A stretch of 43,071 nucleotides of DNA, taken from the IMG/VR virus record IMGVR_UViG_3300036796_000078, positions 1 to 43,071 of that record, one strand, 5' to 3'. This DNA comes from a virus. Taxonomy: Duplodnaviria; Caudoviricetes. This document shows positions 25,643 through 36,243 of this stretch, in pieces. The position numbers were made by a program, and so were the translations under genes. Under the pieces are notes generated by a model that did not search any database, had not been told where the DNA came from, and worked only from the letters and a program-made list of their open reading frames with translations. The number at the start of each line of letters is the position of its first letter. The stretch's first letter is position 1.

Positions 25643-26113
25643 ATGAGCAGCAAATACGAAGTAACGAAGGGGATGACTTTTGCCGTCTCTGCCGCGCCAG
25701 TGACTGCAGAAGATTTTGCGGCCTCCGGTTTTCCCACTGCCAGCGTTAGCTGGCTGGAAGCCGCCTGCGCCACGAAAGAGATCAGCTACACAGGTGGTCA
25801 GAAAGGTGACATTGACGTTACCACACTTTGCTCCACCGAGCAGGAGCAAACCAACGGTCTCGCCGCTCCGGCTGAAATGAGCATTACGCGTAACTGGGTC
25901 GGTGATGAAGAGGCTCAGCAGGCACTGCAAACCGCCTATGAAAACGATGAGTTGCGCGCGCTGCGCGTTGTTTTCGCATCAGGCAACGGTTTTTATGTGC
26001 TGGTTGAAGTGCGTCAGAGCTCCTGGTCTGCGGCAACATCGTCAGTCGTAGGTGCAACCTACTCGCTGCGCGTGCGTGGCAAGCCGAAGCCAATTATTGC
26101 TTCAGGTTCATAA
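25643..26113 (+). CDS. Major tail tube protein
   Basis: GGQKGDIDVTTLCS; synteny. Confidence 0.88.
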   Translation: MSSKYEVTKGMTFAVSAAPVTAEDFAASGFPTASVSWLEAACATKEISYTGGQKGDIDVTTLCSTEQEQTNGLAAPAEMSITRNWVGDEEAQQALQTAYENDELRALRVVFASGNGFYVLVEVRQSSWSAATSSVVGATYSLRVRGKPKPIIASGS

Positions 26114-26168
26114 GCGGCTCCGGCCGCTTTTCTTTTATCCGCAAAAACCCGCTCACCGAGAATATGAA

Positions 26169-26579
26169 ATGTCGAATACCGAAAAAACCACCGCATCACC
26201 GGCTTCATTACGCGCTCTGGCGCTTGCTCCATCGTCAGGGTTTCGTTCAAAAGTAATTACCGTCCCTGAATGGGATGACGCAAAAGTGATGCTGCGTGAG
26301 CCCTCCGGCGAAGCGTGGATGCGCTTTCGAGAAATTATGTCGCCGGAACTGGCGGAGGGTGAAACAGAACCCAAGCTGACACCGCAGGAAACGTTTCTTC
26401 GTAACAAGAGCGCAGACGTGGTGATGCTCATTGATGTTCTGCTCGATGAGAACGGCGATCGTGTTTTCAATGATGAAGACGAGTCCATTGTTTCCGGAAT
26501 CTATGGTCCGGTGCATACCCGCCTTCTTAATCAGGCGCTGAAGTTGGGCATCTCACAGGAAACCGCAGAGGCAAAGTAA
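26169..26579 (+). CDS. Tail assembly chaperone (G-like)
   Basis: VPEW..V.LREPS; ends GCA AAG TAA. Confidence 0.85.
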   Translation: MSNTEKTTASPASLRALALAPSSGFRSKVITVPEWDDAKVMLREPSGEAWMRFREIMSPELAEGETEPKLTPQETFLRNKSADVVMLIDVLLDENGDRVFNDEDESIVSGIYGPVHTRLLNQALKLGISQETAEAK

Positions 26580-26866
26580 AAGAGCCGCTGACTTTCTTCC
26601 TGATGACTCTGGCGCTGCGACTTGGGCGAACTCTCAAAGAAATTCGCGAAACTCTCAGCGCCAGTGAGCTGAAAATGTGGATCGCCTATGACCGCCTCAG
26701 CCCTATTGGGGACTTTCGCGGTGATATTCAGGCTGCGCAGATTTCCGCTGCCGTACTCAATTCGCAGGGCGCTAAAACAACCATTAGCGATTTGCAGCTG
26801 AAATGGGGCGAAGCAGAAGAAGAGAAAGAAACCAGCGGCCTTGAAGTCTGGATGGCAGGTCTTTAA
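26573..26866 (+). CDS. Tail assembly chaperone T-part, reached by -1 frameshift (GT fusion)
   Basis: The -1 frame from AAA(26573) reads KVKEPLTFFLMTLALRLGRTL... with no stop. Confidence 0.8.
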   Translation, partial: KVKEPLTFFLMTLALRLGRTLKEIRETLSASELKMWIAYDRLSPIGDFRGDIQAAQISAAVLNSQGAKTTISDLQLKWGEAEEEKETSGLEVWMAGL

Positions 26867-26899
26867 TTACCCGCGCCAGCGGGATTTACAGGGTGAACT

Positions 26900-29800
26900 A
26901 TGGCAACGCTGCGCGAACTGATTATCAAAATCTCTGCGAACTCCAGTTCTTTCCAGTCCGAGATTGCGCGTGCCTCACGAATGGGTGCCGATTATTACCG
27001 GACGATGGAACAGGGCGGGCGTCGTGCCGCTGTGGCCGCGCGCGAAAGCCAGCGCGCAATTCAGGAGCTGAACGAGCAGCTGGTTTCCACGAAAGAGACC
27101 GCGCTGGAAATGACGGGCGTCTTTGCCGGTGCGTTTGCAGCCGGTCATCTTATCGAACTGGCCGATAACTGGAATGCGGTAAACGCGCGACTTAAGCAGG
27201 CTTCGCAGTCTACCAGTGAGTTTGCCACCGTACAGAAATCGCTGATGGATATCAGCCAGCGCACCGGCACCGCTTTCGACGACAACGCCAATCTCTACTC
27301 GCGCTCTGCTGCATCGATGCGTGAATTTGGCTACAGCGCACAGGAAGTGCTGAAGGTAACAGAGGCGGTGTCTACCGGCCTGAAACTTTCCGGGGCCAGC
27401 GCAGAGGAGAGTAGCTCCGTTATTACGCAGTTCAGCCAGGCGCTTGCACAGGGCGTGTTGCGCGGCGAAGAATTCAACGCCGTGAACGAGTCCGGCGATC
27501 GCGTTATTCGTGCACTTGCAGCCGGTATGGGCGTCGCGCGAAAAGACCTGAAGGCAATGGCCGATCAGGGTCAGCTTACTATTGATAAAGTAGTTCCTGC
27601 GCTAACCAGCCAGCTTGATAAGCTGCGCGGCGAGTTCTCATCGCTACCTGAATCGGTCTCTGGCTCGGTCACTAAAGTACAGAACGCCTTCCAGCAGTGG
27701 GTAGGTGAGGCGAATACTACCTCCGGCGTCACGGCGTCACTTTCTGGTGTGCTGGAAGGTGTAGCGAAAAATATCGATTCGGTGGCTACGGTTGCCGGTG
27801 CGCTGGTTGCTGTCGGTGCCGCTAAATTCTTTGGCGGTATGGCATCGGGTGCAATCTCTGCTTCTGCCGGTATCGTAACGGCGTATAAGAGCGAAGTAGC
27901 GCTGACGCAGGCTCAAATCCGTGGCACACAGATTTCAACTGCAAGAGCGCGCGCGGCTGTTTATCGTGCGCAGCAGGCGGTTGTTGCAGCGAGAGGAACA
28001 GCGACACAGGAAGCCGCAGAGCGTCGTCTGGCCGCAACGCAGGCTGTGCTTACGCGTAATGTGAATGCGCGAGCCGCCGCACAGGAACGACTGAACAGTA
28101 TTACATCAGTGGGTTCTCGGCTTACCAGCGGCGTGCTGGGTCTGGTAGGCGGCATTCCCGGCCTGCTGATGCTGGGTGCCGGTGCCTGGTACACCATGTA
28201 TCAGCGGCAGGAGCAGGCGCGTGAATCAGCGCGCGCGTATATCGAAACGCTGGATGATGTGAAAAAAGCCGCGCCGGGCATGAGCCTGCCGGAAGTTTCC
28301 GACACGCAGACAAAAACCCGAACGTCGATGACCGAACAGAACCGGCTGATCGACGAGCAGGCCGCAAAGGTTGATAAGCTCAAAACGCAGATTCAGGGCT
28401 ATCAGCAGATAATGGCAAGCCCGGGTCCTTCCGTTGGTGGTTTCCTCATCAACTATCTGACGAGCGTCAGCGAAGTATCAGCGGGCATGCAGCAGGCTAC
28501 TTCTGAACTGGCAGTCGAGCAGGCACGGCTTAACCAGATGCAGGAGAAGTCACAGGAAGTTCAGTCTGTGCTGGAGGTGCTAGAAACACGCCGTGTGGAT
28601 TTAATCAGACAGCAGGCCGCTCAGCAAAACACGGCTTATCAGTCGCTGCTGATGATGAACGGTCAGCACACGGAATTTAACCGCCTGCTTTCGCTCGGCA
28701 ACGAATTGCTTGCCACCCGAACCAATCTGGCAAACGCGCCTTTCCGCATTCCCTCGGCTCAGCTGACGTCAAAGCAGGCTGATTTGCTGCAAAAGTCTGG
28801 GCGTGAAAACGAGCTGGCTGGTCTTTCAGGAGCTGATCGCGTCAGGCGTCAGGCGGAATATTCTGCTGATGATGCCGGGCTGACCAATACGCCGGAATAT
28901 ACCGAGTCGCGGCAGAAATTCATCAGCAACACCGTACAGGCCTGGCAGAAACAGGAAGACCTGAACAAGTCGCTGCGTGAAGGTAAAAAGGCCGTCAGTG
29001 AGCAGGGGAAAGAGGAGCGGGCAGCGGCGCAGCAGTCAGAAAACTATGCACGTAAAATGGCCGACCTCAGCGTTGCCATTGAGGTGCAGAAGGTTCGCGC
29101 CACCGAAGGTGAAAAAGCATCTGAACTCTACGCGGCGTCGCATCAGACGGGTGCTAAATGGACGGAAGAGCAACGCAAAGCTATCCGGGATAACTCGGCA
29201 GAGCTTGCCACCTGGACGCAGCGTGCTGAAGAGAATGTTCGCAAGCAGCGTGAGCAAACCGAAGCGCTTAAAGATTTGACCGATGCCGCCCGTAAATACC
29301 GTGATGACGCCGCGCAGACTACCGACACCGCTGGCATGAGCGATCGCCAGCGGAGCCGATATGACGATCAGCAGCAGGTAGAACGAGTATTCGACAAAAC
29401 GGATAAAGGTTCGGCGGCTATTGCTGCCCGTCAGCAAGCCCTTGATGCGCTCGATAAGAAATATCAGGCGATCGCCGCTTCAGAGTCCAACTGGCTTAAC
29501 GGCGTTTCAAAAGGCTATGAAAACTGGCTTGAAAGCGCAAGAAACGTTTCGGGTGCGGTCTCTTCCGGCGTCACCTCAACGCTTGATAGCGCGATGGATA
29601 ATATGTCCGCCATGCTGGTTGGCAGCAAAGCGGACTGGAAAAGCTGGGGCGTATCAGTTCTTCAGACTATTGCCAAAGTCGCTCTGCAGATGGCGCTGGT
29701 TAATACGGTTAGCGGGATTTTCGGTTCACTTGCCGGAAGCCTCGGTGGTGCCGCTGTAGGCGCAGCGAGCTCTGGCGCTTCGACATCCGGCAGCGTCGGC

Positions 29801-30226
29801 GCGATGGGCATGCCGACAAGCTACACCGCTTATGCTGATGGCGGTTACACCGGCAGCGGCGGCAAGCATGATCCGGCGGGCGTCGTTCACAAGGGTGAAT
29901 TTGTTTTCACCAAAGAAGCGACAGAGCGCATCGGCGTTGCGAATCTTTACGACATGATGCGCGGATATGCAAACGGCGGTTATGTTGGCGAGATGTCGGG
30001 AAATCGCCAGTTTTCATCTGGCGTGAATCGCGCCACCGGTAACGGCAATACGGTCATTCAGGTGGATGCGCCGGTATCCATCATGCAGGGTGACGGTCAG
30101 GCTCAGGCAGGGGCTACCGGCACAGCCGGTGTTGCAACGCAGATGACAGGAATTATCCAGCAGACCATCACCGATCGCCTGAGAAAAGAGATGTCACCGG
30201 GTGGCCTTCTCTACAGAAAAGGATAA
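26900..30226 (+). CDS. Tape measure protein
   Basis: 1108 aa, Ala-rich; QFSQALAQGVLRGEEFN; ADGGYTG..GVVHKGEFV. Confidence 0.96.
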   Translation: MATLRELIIKISANSSSFQSEIARASRMGADYYRTMEQGGRRAAVAARESQRAIQELNEQLVSTKETALEMTGVFAGAFAAGHLIELADNWNAVNARLKQASQSTSEFATVQKSLMDISQRTGTAFDDNANLYSRSAASMREFGYSAQEVLKVTEAVSTGLKLSGASAEESSSVITQFSQALAQGVLRGEEFNAVNESGDRVIRALAAGMGVARKDLKAMADQGQLTIDKVVPALTSQLDKLRGEFSSLPESVSGSVTKVQNAFQQWVGEANTTSGVTASLSGVLEGVAKNIDSVATVAGALVAVGAAKFFGGMASGAISASAGIVTAYKSEVALTQAQIRGTQISTARARAAVYRAQQAVVAARGTATQEAAERRLAATQAVLTRNVNARAAAQERLNSITSVGSRLTSGVLGLVGGIPGLLMLGAGAWYTMYQRQEQARESARAYIETLDDVKKAAPGMSLPEVSDTQTKTRTSMTEQNRLIDEQAAKVDKLKTQIQGYQQIMASPGPSVGGFLINYLTSVSEVSAGMQQATSELAVEQARLNQMQEKSQEVQSVLEVLETRRVDLIRQQAAQQNTAYQSLLMMNGQHTEFNRLLSLGNELLATRTNLANAPFRIPSAQLTSKQADLLQKSGRENELAGLSGADRVRRQAEYSADDAGLTNTPEYTESRQKFISNTVQAWQKQEDLNKSLREGKKAVSEQGKEERAAAQQSENYARKMADLSVAIEVQKVRATEGEKASELYAASHQTGAKWTEEQRKAIRDNSAELATWTQRAEENVRKQREQTEALKDLTDAARKYRDDAAQTTDTAGMSDRQRSRYDDQQQVERVFDKTDKGSAAIAARQQALDALDKKYQAIAASESNWLNGVSKGYENWLESARNVSGAVSSGVTSTLDSAMDNMSAMLVGSKADWKSWGVSVLQTIAKVALQMALVNTVSGIFGSLAGSLGGAAVGAASSGASTSGSVGAMGMPTSYTAYADGGYTGSGGKHDPAGVVHKGEFVFTKEATERIGVANLYDMMRGYANGGYVGEMSGNRQFSSGVNRATGNGNTVIQVDAPVSIMQGDGQAQAGATGTAGVATQMTGIIQQTITDRLRKEMSPGGLLYRKG

Positions 30227-30232
30227 CGCCAC

Positions 30233-30574
30233 ATGGCAATTGATACGTTTAACTGGTGTGTCCGGATCGGGGCCAGCGAGCAAATCACCAAGTCTGTTTA
30301 TCAGGCAAAGTTCGGTGATGGTTATGAGCAAATCGCTGAGAACGGGATTAATAACGACGCTCAATCATGGTCATTATCCTGTAACGGTAAGCTTGAAGAC
30401 ATGTCGCAGGTCCGGGCTTTTCTCAAACAGCACGTTACAAAGTCGTTCTGGTGGACGAATCCGTGGGGTGAAAAAAATCTTTACCGCGTCAAATTCGATT
30501 CGATCAATCCCACCTTTCCGAAGAAAGGATTCTGCGACATTGCTTTCACCTTCGAGCAGGCTTTCGGGCCGTAG
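30233..30574 (+). CDS. Minor tail protein M (distal tail)
   Basis: KFGDGYEQ..NGIN, SFWWTNP. Confidence 0.92.
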   Translation: MAIDTFNWCVRIGASEQITKSVYQAKFGDGYEQIAENGINNDAQSWSLSCNGKLEDMSQVRAFLKQHVTKSFWWTNPWGEKNLYRVKFDSINPTFPKKGFCDIAFTFEQAFGP

Positions 30575-30588
30575 CCATAAACCTTAAC

Positions 30589-30611
30589 AGGGCACTTCGG
30601 TGCCCTTTTTT
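30589..30611 (+). terminator. Intrinsic terminator
   Basis: AGGGCAC-TTCG-GTGCCCT followed by a T-run. Confidence 0.8.
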
Positions 30612-30622
30612 ATGGGCGAAAT

Positions 30623-31360
30623 ATGAGCTTCACTCAGGACATACAGCAACTTGAACCGGGCCAACTGGTTCAGCTCATCGAGATAGACGGCACGGCGTTC
30701 GGGATGGAAAACATCCTGCGATTTCATGCGCACAATATTGCGTCTGATGGCTGGGCTGCATTTGCTGCGGAAAACCTCCCCGCCATCATCTGGCAGGGCA
30801 ACCAGTACGATCCCTATCCCTACGAGCTTAAAGGCATGGAGCTGTCGAGCACCGGCTCGCAGCCCACGCCAACGCTTTCCGTTGGTAACGTGGGGAACTA
30901 CGTTACGGCGCTGTGCCTCCAGTTCGATGATTTGGTTAAAGCGAAGGTGAAGATTCACACGACGCTCGCCAAATATCTGGATGCGGCGAACTGGACCGCT
31001 GGCAATCCTAACGCCAGCCCCAGCGATGAACGCGTGCAGCTCTTCTATGTGAATGCTAAGAGTCAGGAAACGCGCGCGCAGGTTGATTTTGAGCTGTGTT
31101 CACCGTTCGACGTTCAGAGCCTTCAGCTCCCATCCCGGCAAATCACGCCTGTCTGCACCTGGTGCATGCGCGGCTGGTACCGAACCGGCACCGGCTGCGA
31201 TTACGCCGGTAATAAATATTTCCTAAAAGACGGCACGCCAACCGACAACCCCGGACTTGATGTCTGCGGCGGTAAGCTGAGTGACTGCCGTCTTCGCTTT
31301 GGCGCAGAGAGCGCGCTTTCCTTCGGCGGCTTTCCGGCGGCAAACCTGCAGGGCAAATAA
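30623..31360 (+). CDS. Minor tail protein L
   Basis: PTLSVGN, C-terminal Cys cluster, FGGFP. Confidence 0.93.
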   Translation: MSFTQDIQQLEPGQLVQLIEIDGTAFGMENILRFHAHNIASDGWAAFAAENLPAIIWQGNQYDPYPYELKGMELSSTGSQPTPTLSVGNVGNYVTALCLQFDDLVKAKVKIHTTLAKYLDAANWTAGNPNASPSDERVQLFYVNAKSQETRAQVDFELCSPFDVQSLQLPSRQITPVCTWCMRGWYRTGTGCDYAGNKYFLKDGTPTDNPGLDVCGGKLSDCRLRFGAESALSFGGFPAANLQGK

Positions 31361-31362
31361 TC

Positions 31363-32082
31363 ATGCGTAAAAAAATCATGAATGCCATACGTGAGCATGT
31401 AGAGGCTGAATATCCGAGCGAGGCTTGCGGGGTCGTTGTGCAGATTGGTCGTGCTCAGGAGTATTTCCGTTGCCGCAACATTTCAGATACGCCGACAGAA
31501 AGCTTCACGATGGCAGACGACGACCTGCATGCGGCGGAAACGCAGGGTGATGTGCTGATGATTGTTCACTCTCACCCGGATGTTGTGCAGCTCATACCCT
31601 CGGAAATGGACCGCATCCAGTGCGATCACTCCGGTGTTGAGTGGGGGATCATGTCGTGGCCGGAGGGTGATTTCTGCACCATATCGCCGCGCGGTGAAAG
31701 AGAACTGGCGGGTCGGCAGTGGGTACTCGGTCACGCCGACTGCTGGACGCTCGTGATGAATTACTTCCAGCAAACGCATGGCATCACGCTGCGGAACTGG
31801 TCGGTCGATTACGAGTGGTGGATTGATGGCAAAGAAAGCCGCTATGACGACAACTGGCAGGGTGAAGGGTTTACCGAAGTTGATCCGGCATCCATGAAGC
31901 ATGGCGACGTCATCATGATGCGCGTGCAGGCTCCCGTGACAAACCACGCCGCTGTTTATCTTGGTGACAACATTATGCTGCACCACGGCTTTGGCAACCT
32001 CTCCGCGCGCGTTCCCTACGGCAAATATTACCGCGATCGCACCGTGCGCATCGTTCGGCATAAGGATTTATTTGATGCTTAA
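31363..32082 (+). CDS. Tail assembly protein K (JAB plus NlpC/P60)
   Basis: EACG, HSHP, DCWTLV, NHAAVYLG. Confidence 0.93.
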   Translation: MRKKIMNAIREHVEAEYPSEACGVVVQIGRAQEYFRCRNISDTPTESFTMADDDLHAAETQGDVLMIVHSHPDVVQLIPSEMDRIQCDHSGVEWGIMSWPEGDFCTISPRGERELAGRQWVLGHADCWTLVMNYFQQTHGITLRNWSVDYEWWIDGKESRYDDNWQGEGFTEVDPASMKHGDVIMMRVQAPVTNHAAVYLGDNIMLHHGFGNLSARVPYGKYYRDRTVRIVRHKDLFDA

Positions 32083-32692
32083 GAAAATGACGCTCTCTGG
32101 CGGACTGGCTAAAAAGTTCGGCAAGGTTCACCTGTTTCACGTTGCTGACATGCGGGAAATGCTCAGGGCGATGTGCGCATCGGTTCCCGGATTTAAAAAG
32201 TACGTGTCAAACGCGCACCTCAACGGGGTGCGTTTTGCCTTCTACAGCGGCGGTAAAAACATCGGGCTGGAAGAGTTTGACATGTCCAATGGTGCGACTG
32301 AATACCGGATGAGTCAGGTGATCGAAGGAAGCAAGCAGGCGGGCGTTCTGCAAATCGTTATCGGCGCGATCGCGCTGGTGGCCGCGTTCTTTACTGCCGG
32401 TGCGAGTCTCGCTGCATGGGGTGCCGCAATGACTGCTGGTGCTATCGGGGCCACAACCATTTTAACCGGTATCGGCATCAGCATGATGCTGGGTGGCGTG
32501 GTCAGTATGTTAACGCCTCAGCCCAGCTATAACATTGGGTCGGCATCCAGCACGGACAACCAGCCAAACTATGCTTTTGGTGCGCCTGTAAACACTGTCG
32601 CGATGGGTTATCCGGTACCTGTACTTTACGGCCAGCGGGAAATTGGCGGTGCCATCATTAGCGCCGGAATCTTCTCCAGCGACCAGCAATAA
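32075..32692 (+). CDS. Tail assembly protein I
   Basis: Ubiquitin-like N-terminus, G.PVPVLYG..EIGGAIIS. Confidence 0.92.
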   Translation: MLKKMTLSGGLAKKFGKVHLFHVADMREMLRAMCASVPGFKKYVSNAHLNGVRFAFYSGGKNIGLEEFDMSNGATEYRMSQVIEGSKQAGVLQIVIGAIALVAAFFTAGASLAAWGAAMTAGAIGATTILTGIGISMMLGGVVSMLTPQPSYNIGSASSTDNQPNYAFGAPVNTVAMGYPVPVLYGQREIGGAIISAGIFSSDQQ

Positions 32693-32708
32693 GACCTTCT
32701 CGCAATCC

Positions 32709-32732
32709 AGCCACCTCCGGGTGGCTTTTTTT
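32709..32732 (+). terminator. Intrinsic terminator
   Basis: AGCCACC-TCCG-GGTGGCT followed by a T-run. Confidence 0.8.
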
Positions 32733-32743
32733 ATGGGTGCAAT

Positions 32744-35700
32744 ATGCAACTTCTTCAGGGCGCGCGTGTAATTCAGGGATATAAGGGCGGTGGCGGCGGT
32801 AGTGCTCACACGCCAGTAGAAGAGCCGGATGACCTGCTTTCAGTTGCGAAGCTGAAGATGCTTCTGGCGATCTCAGAGGGTGAGATTCAGGGCGACCTGA
32901 CGGCGCAGGAAATTTATATCAATGACACGCCTCTGGCCAACAACAGCGGCGGTTACAATTTTACCGGCGTGAATTGGGATTTTCGCAAGGGCACGCAGGA
33001 TCAGTCTTACATTCAGGGCATGCCGGAGGTTGATAACGAATCTTCTGTAGGCGTTGAGGTGTCTACTACCGCGCCGTGGATTCGCCAGTTCAGCAACCTG
33101 TCTCTCGATGCTGTGCGCATTAAGCTAAGCCTGCCGCTGCATTACCTGTACAAAGATAACGGTGACATGGTCGGAACCGTTACGCAGTATGCGGTTGACC
33201 TTTCGACCGATGGCAGCGCTTATGTTCAGGTTGTAAGCGGCACGTTCGATGGGAAAACCACTTCCGAATATCAGCGCGATCACCGCATTAATTTGCCCAA
33301 AGCCACGACAGGATGGTCAATCCGCGTGCGCAGGATCACCGCCGACTCAACCTCAACGAAGCTGATGAACGCCTTCAAGGTGTTTTCATTCGCTGAGGTA
33401 ATCGACAGCAAATTACGCTACCCGAATACCGCACTGCTATACGTCGAACTGGATTCAAGCCAGTTCAACGGCAGCGCACCGAAAATCACCTGCAAGCCTA
33501 AAGGCAAGCTGATCCGCGTTCCGACCACGTATGACCCAATCAGCCGCACGTATAGCGGGAACTGGCTGGGTGATTTCAAACTTGCGTGGACTGATAACCC
33601 GGCCTGGATATTTTACGATCTGGTGCTGGATGAGATTTACGGCATGGGCAACCGTGTCGATGCCTCCATGATTGATAAGTGGGAACTGTATACTATCGCG
33701 CAGTATTGCGATCAGAAGGTTTCAGATGGGGCTGGCGGCACAGAGCCGCGTTTCACCTGCAACGTATTCATTCAGAGCCAGCAGGACGCTTACACCGTTC
33801 TCAAGGACATTGCGGCGGTGTTTCGCGGCATCACCTTCTGGGGCAACAATCAAATATTCGTGAATGCCGACGTTCCGCAGGATGATGTTGACTGGGTGTA
33901 TCACTGCGCCAATGTCGTTGATGGTCTGTTCACTTACGGCGGTGGTTCTTACAAAAACCGCTATACCTCTTGCCAGGTTAGCTGGTCCGATCCACAAAAC
34001 CACTATTCAGATACCGTTGAAGGCGTTTACGAGCCTGATTTAGTTCAGCGCTATGACGTCAACGAAAGCAAGATCACCGCGATTGGCTGCACCTCACAGA
34101 GCGAGGCACACCGTCGTGGGCGCTGGGCAATTCTCTCCAACGCTAAAGACGGGACCATCTCATTTAACGTTGGTCTGGATGGCTTTATTCCGCTGCCGGC
34201 TAAAATCATCGGCGTGGCAGATGCTTTTCGCGCGGGTAAACAGAATGGCGGACGAATCAGCGCGGTTAGCGGACTCAATATCACGCTGGACAGGCCTATT
34301 GATTACGCTGCCGGCGATCGTCTGGTGCTCAATCTCCCGGACGGCATTGCGCAGACACGAACCATTGCTTCAGTCAGCGCGGATAAAAAAACGGTACGCG
34401 TCAGCACGGCATATAGCCAGACTCCTGTTTCTGGCGCGGTATGGGCGATCGACAGTGACAATCTGGCGATTCAGTATTTCCGTGTAACGTCGATCTCGAC
34501 CAATGATGACGGCACTTTCACCGTTGGCGGCGTTCAACATGACCCAAACAAATACCGCTATATCGATGACGGTGTAAAAATCGACCCGCCGCCCATCACC
34601 GTTACTCCGCCTGGCGTCATGAACAAGCCAGAAAACGTGGTGATTTCTCAGGTTGATTACGTTGAGCAGGGTCTTAATGTTGCCTGCATGCAGGTGACGT
34701 GGGACTCGGCGCCAAACGCTATCAGCTATGTTGCTCAGTGGCGTAAGGATAACGGCGACTGGGTAAACGTCGGCCAACAGAGCGCGAAGGGTTTCACCGT
34801 CGCTGGCATCTATGCCGGTATTTATGACGTGCGTGTTCGCGCCGTCAATGCGGTGGACGTTTCATCACCGTGGGGCTATGCGCAGTCAACAACGCTTTCT
34901 GGCAAGGTTGGCAAGCCGGGAACACCGGTTAGCCTGATCGCGACAAAAGATGTGGTGTGGGCCATCAACATACAGTGGGGCTTCCCGGCTGGCTCTGGTG
35001 ACACGGCTTATACGGAGATTGAAGTAGCGACCACCGCAGATGGCATGAATCCGCTTTTCCTGGCTAACGTTCCCTATCCCGGAGTCAGCTATCAACATGG
35101 CCCGATGCCTGCAGGTATACGCCGCTGGTACCGCGCGCGCCTGATAGACAAAATCGGCAACAAAGGGGACTGGACCGGGTTTGTCGAAGGTTCCAGCAAC
35201 AGCAATGCTAACGACCTGATCGGTGATTCATTCCAGGAGTTTATTGAATCGCCAGACGGTCAGGCACTGCTTGGTCCAATCATCACAGACCCGAAAGCGC
35301 TGGCAGAAGACATTCTCGCTAACTATGAGCATGTCGATCAGCAATGGGCGCACTTCGGTGAAAACTCGGCGGGCATTCTCGAAGCCAAAAACGTTGCAGC
35401 AGATGCTGAGAAATCGGTTGCGGATTTACGCACTGACGTTGTCGCTCAGTTCGATCAGCAGCAGGCGGCAATCTCAGAGAGAATGGTCGCTTATGCAGAT
35501 GCTAATGGCGGTTCAGCAATCTACACGCTGAAGGCGGGCATCAAGTATGGCGGCACCAACTACGACGCAGGCATGTCTGTCGCGGTCACTATTAACGGAA
35601 CCGAAGTGGTCACGCGCTTCGCTGTAAACGCCAATCAGTTTGTTGTGGCAAGCGGCAGCGGTAATAACGTGTTCTCACCATTCATCATCAGAGACGGTCA

Positions 35701-35935
35701 GGTTCTGATTAATCAGGCGTTCATCGGTGAGGGATGGATAACGAATGCCATGATCGGAAGCTTTATTCAGTCTAATAACTACACAGCGGGTTCGGTTGGT
35801 TGGAGATTGGATAAGGCAGGTAATTTCGAAAATAACGGGTCAGACAGTTCTGGCCGCATGACCATGACCAATAATCAAATTAGCGTATATGACGCTAGCG
35901 GCGTTCTTCGTGTAAGAATGGGGAAATTAAGCTAA
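32744..35935 (+). CDS. Central tail fibre / host specificity protein J
   Basis: ISEGEIQG, YPNTAL, WTDNPAW, FN3 repeats, LRVRMGKL C-terminus. Confidence 0.95.
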   Translation: MQLLQGARVIQGYKGGGGGSAHTPVEEPDDLLSVAKLKMLLAISEGEIQGDLTAQEIYINDTPLANNSGGYNFTGVNWDFRKGTQDQSYIQGMPEVDNESSVGVEVSTTAPWIRQFSNLSLDAVRIKLSLPLHYLYKDNGDMVGTVTQYAVDLSTDGSAYVQVVSGTFDGKTTSEYQRDHRINLPKATTGWSIRVRRITADSTSTKLMNAFKVFSFAEVIDSKLRYPNTALLYVELDSSQFNGSAPKITCKPKGKLIRVPTTYDPISRTYSGNWLGDFKLAWTDNPAWIFYDLVLDEIYGMGNRVDASMIDKWELYTIAQYCDQKVSDGAGGTEPRFTCNVFIQSQQDAYTVLKDIAAVFRGITFWGNNQIFVNADVPQDDVDWVYHCANVVDGLFTYGGGSYKNRYTSCQVSWSDPQNHYSDTVEGVYEPDLVQRYDVNESKITAIGCTSQSEAHRRGRWAILSNAKDGTISFNVGLDGFIPLPAKIIGVADAFRAGKQNGGRISAVSGLNITLDRPIDYAAGDRLVLNLPDGIAQTRTIASVSADKKTVRVSTAYSQTPVSGAVWAIDSDNLAIQYFRVTSISTNDDGTFTVGGVQHDPNKYRYIDDGVKIDPPPITVTPPGVMNKPENVVISQVDYVEQGLNVACMQVTWDSAPNAISYVAQWRKDNGDWVNVGQQSAKGFTVAGIYAGIYDVRVRAVNAVDVSSPWGYAQSTTLSGKVGKPGTPVSLIATKDVVWAINIQWGFPAGSGDTAYTEIEVATTADGMNPLFLANVPYPGVSYQHGPMPAGIRRWYRARLIDKIGNKGDWTGFVEGSSNSNANDLIGDSFQEFIESPDGQALLGPIITDPKALAEDILANYEHVDQQWAHFGENSAGILEAKNVAADAEKSVADLRTDVVAQFDQQQAAISERMVAYADANGGSAIYTLKAGIKYGGTNYDAGMSVAVTINGTEVVTRFAVNANQFVVASGSGNNVFSPFIIRDGQVLINQAFIGEGWITNAMIGSFIQSNNYTAGSVGWRLDKAGNFENNGSDSSGRMTMTNNQISVYDASGVLRVRMGKLS

Positions 35936-36243
35936 TGGCATACGGTTTTGGGACATGGGATGCTAACGGAGTCGATAATAATACCGGTCTGGTAAGGATT
36001 AATGCGCTCGGTACGTTATCGATAGACGCTTCCAGCAATTACTCACAGGCATTCAACCTGCCATCTGGATACGTCCTGGACTATCTTTTTCAGCCCAGCG
36101 GGGAACCAAACAGCATTAATGCGAGGAAAAGAATAAGCGTTAGCGGCAATTCAATTGCGGTGACGCAAGTTGCTGGCAGTGATTATTCTAACAACACCTT
36201 CCCTAATGTTCCTGGAACCATATTGGCTTTCGCGAGGTTATAA
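35935..36243 (+). CDS. Tail-tip accessory protein
   Basis: MAYGFGTWDANG; coupled to J. Confidence 0.8.
   Translation: MAYGFGTWDANGVDNNTGLVRINALGTLSIDASSNYSQAFNLPSGYVLDYLFQPSGEPNSINARKRISVSGNSIAVTQVAGSDYSNNTFPNVPGTILAFARL

Noticed and set aside
24086-32732. Several terminators inside the late operon as signs of decay
   Set aside because: Normal for Q-antiterminated operons; all structural ORFs appear intact
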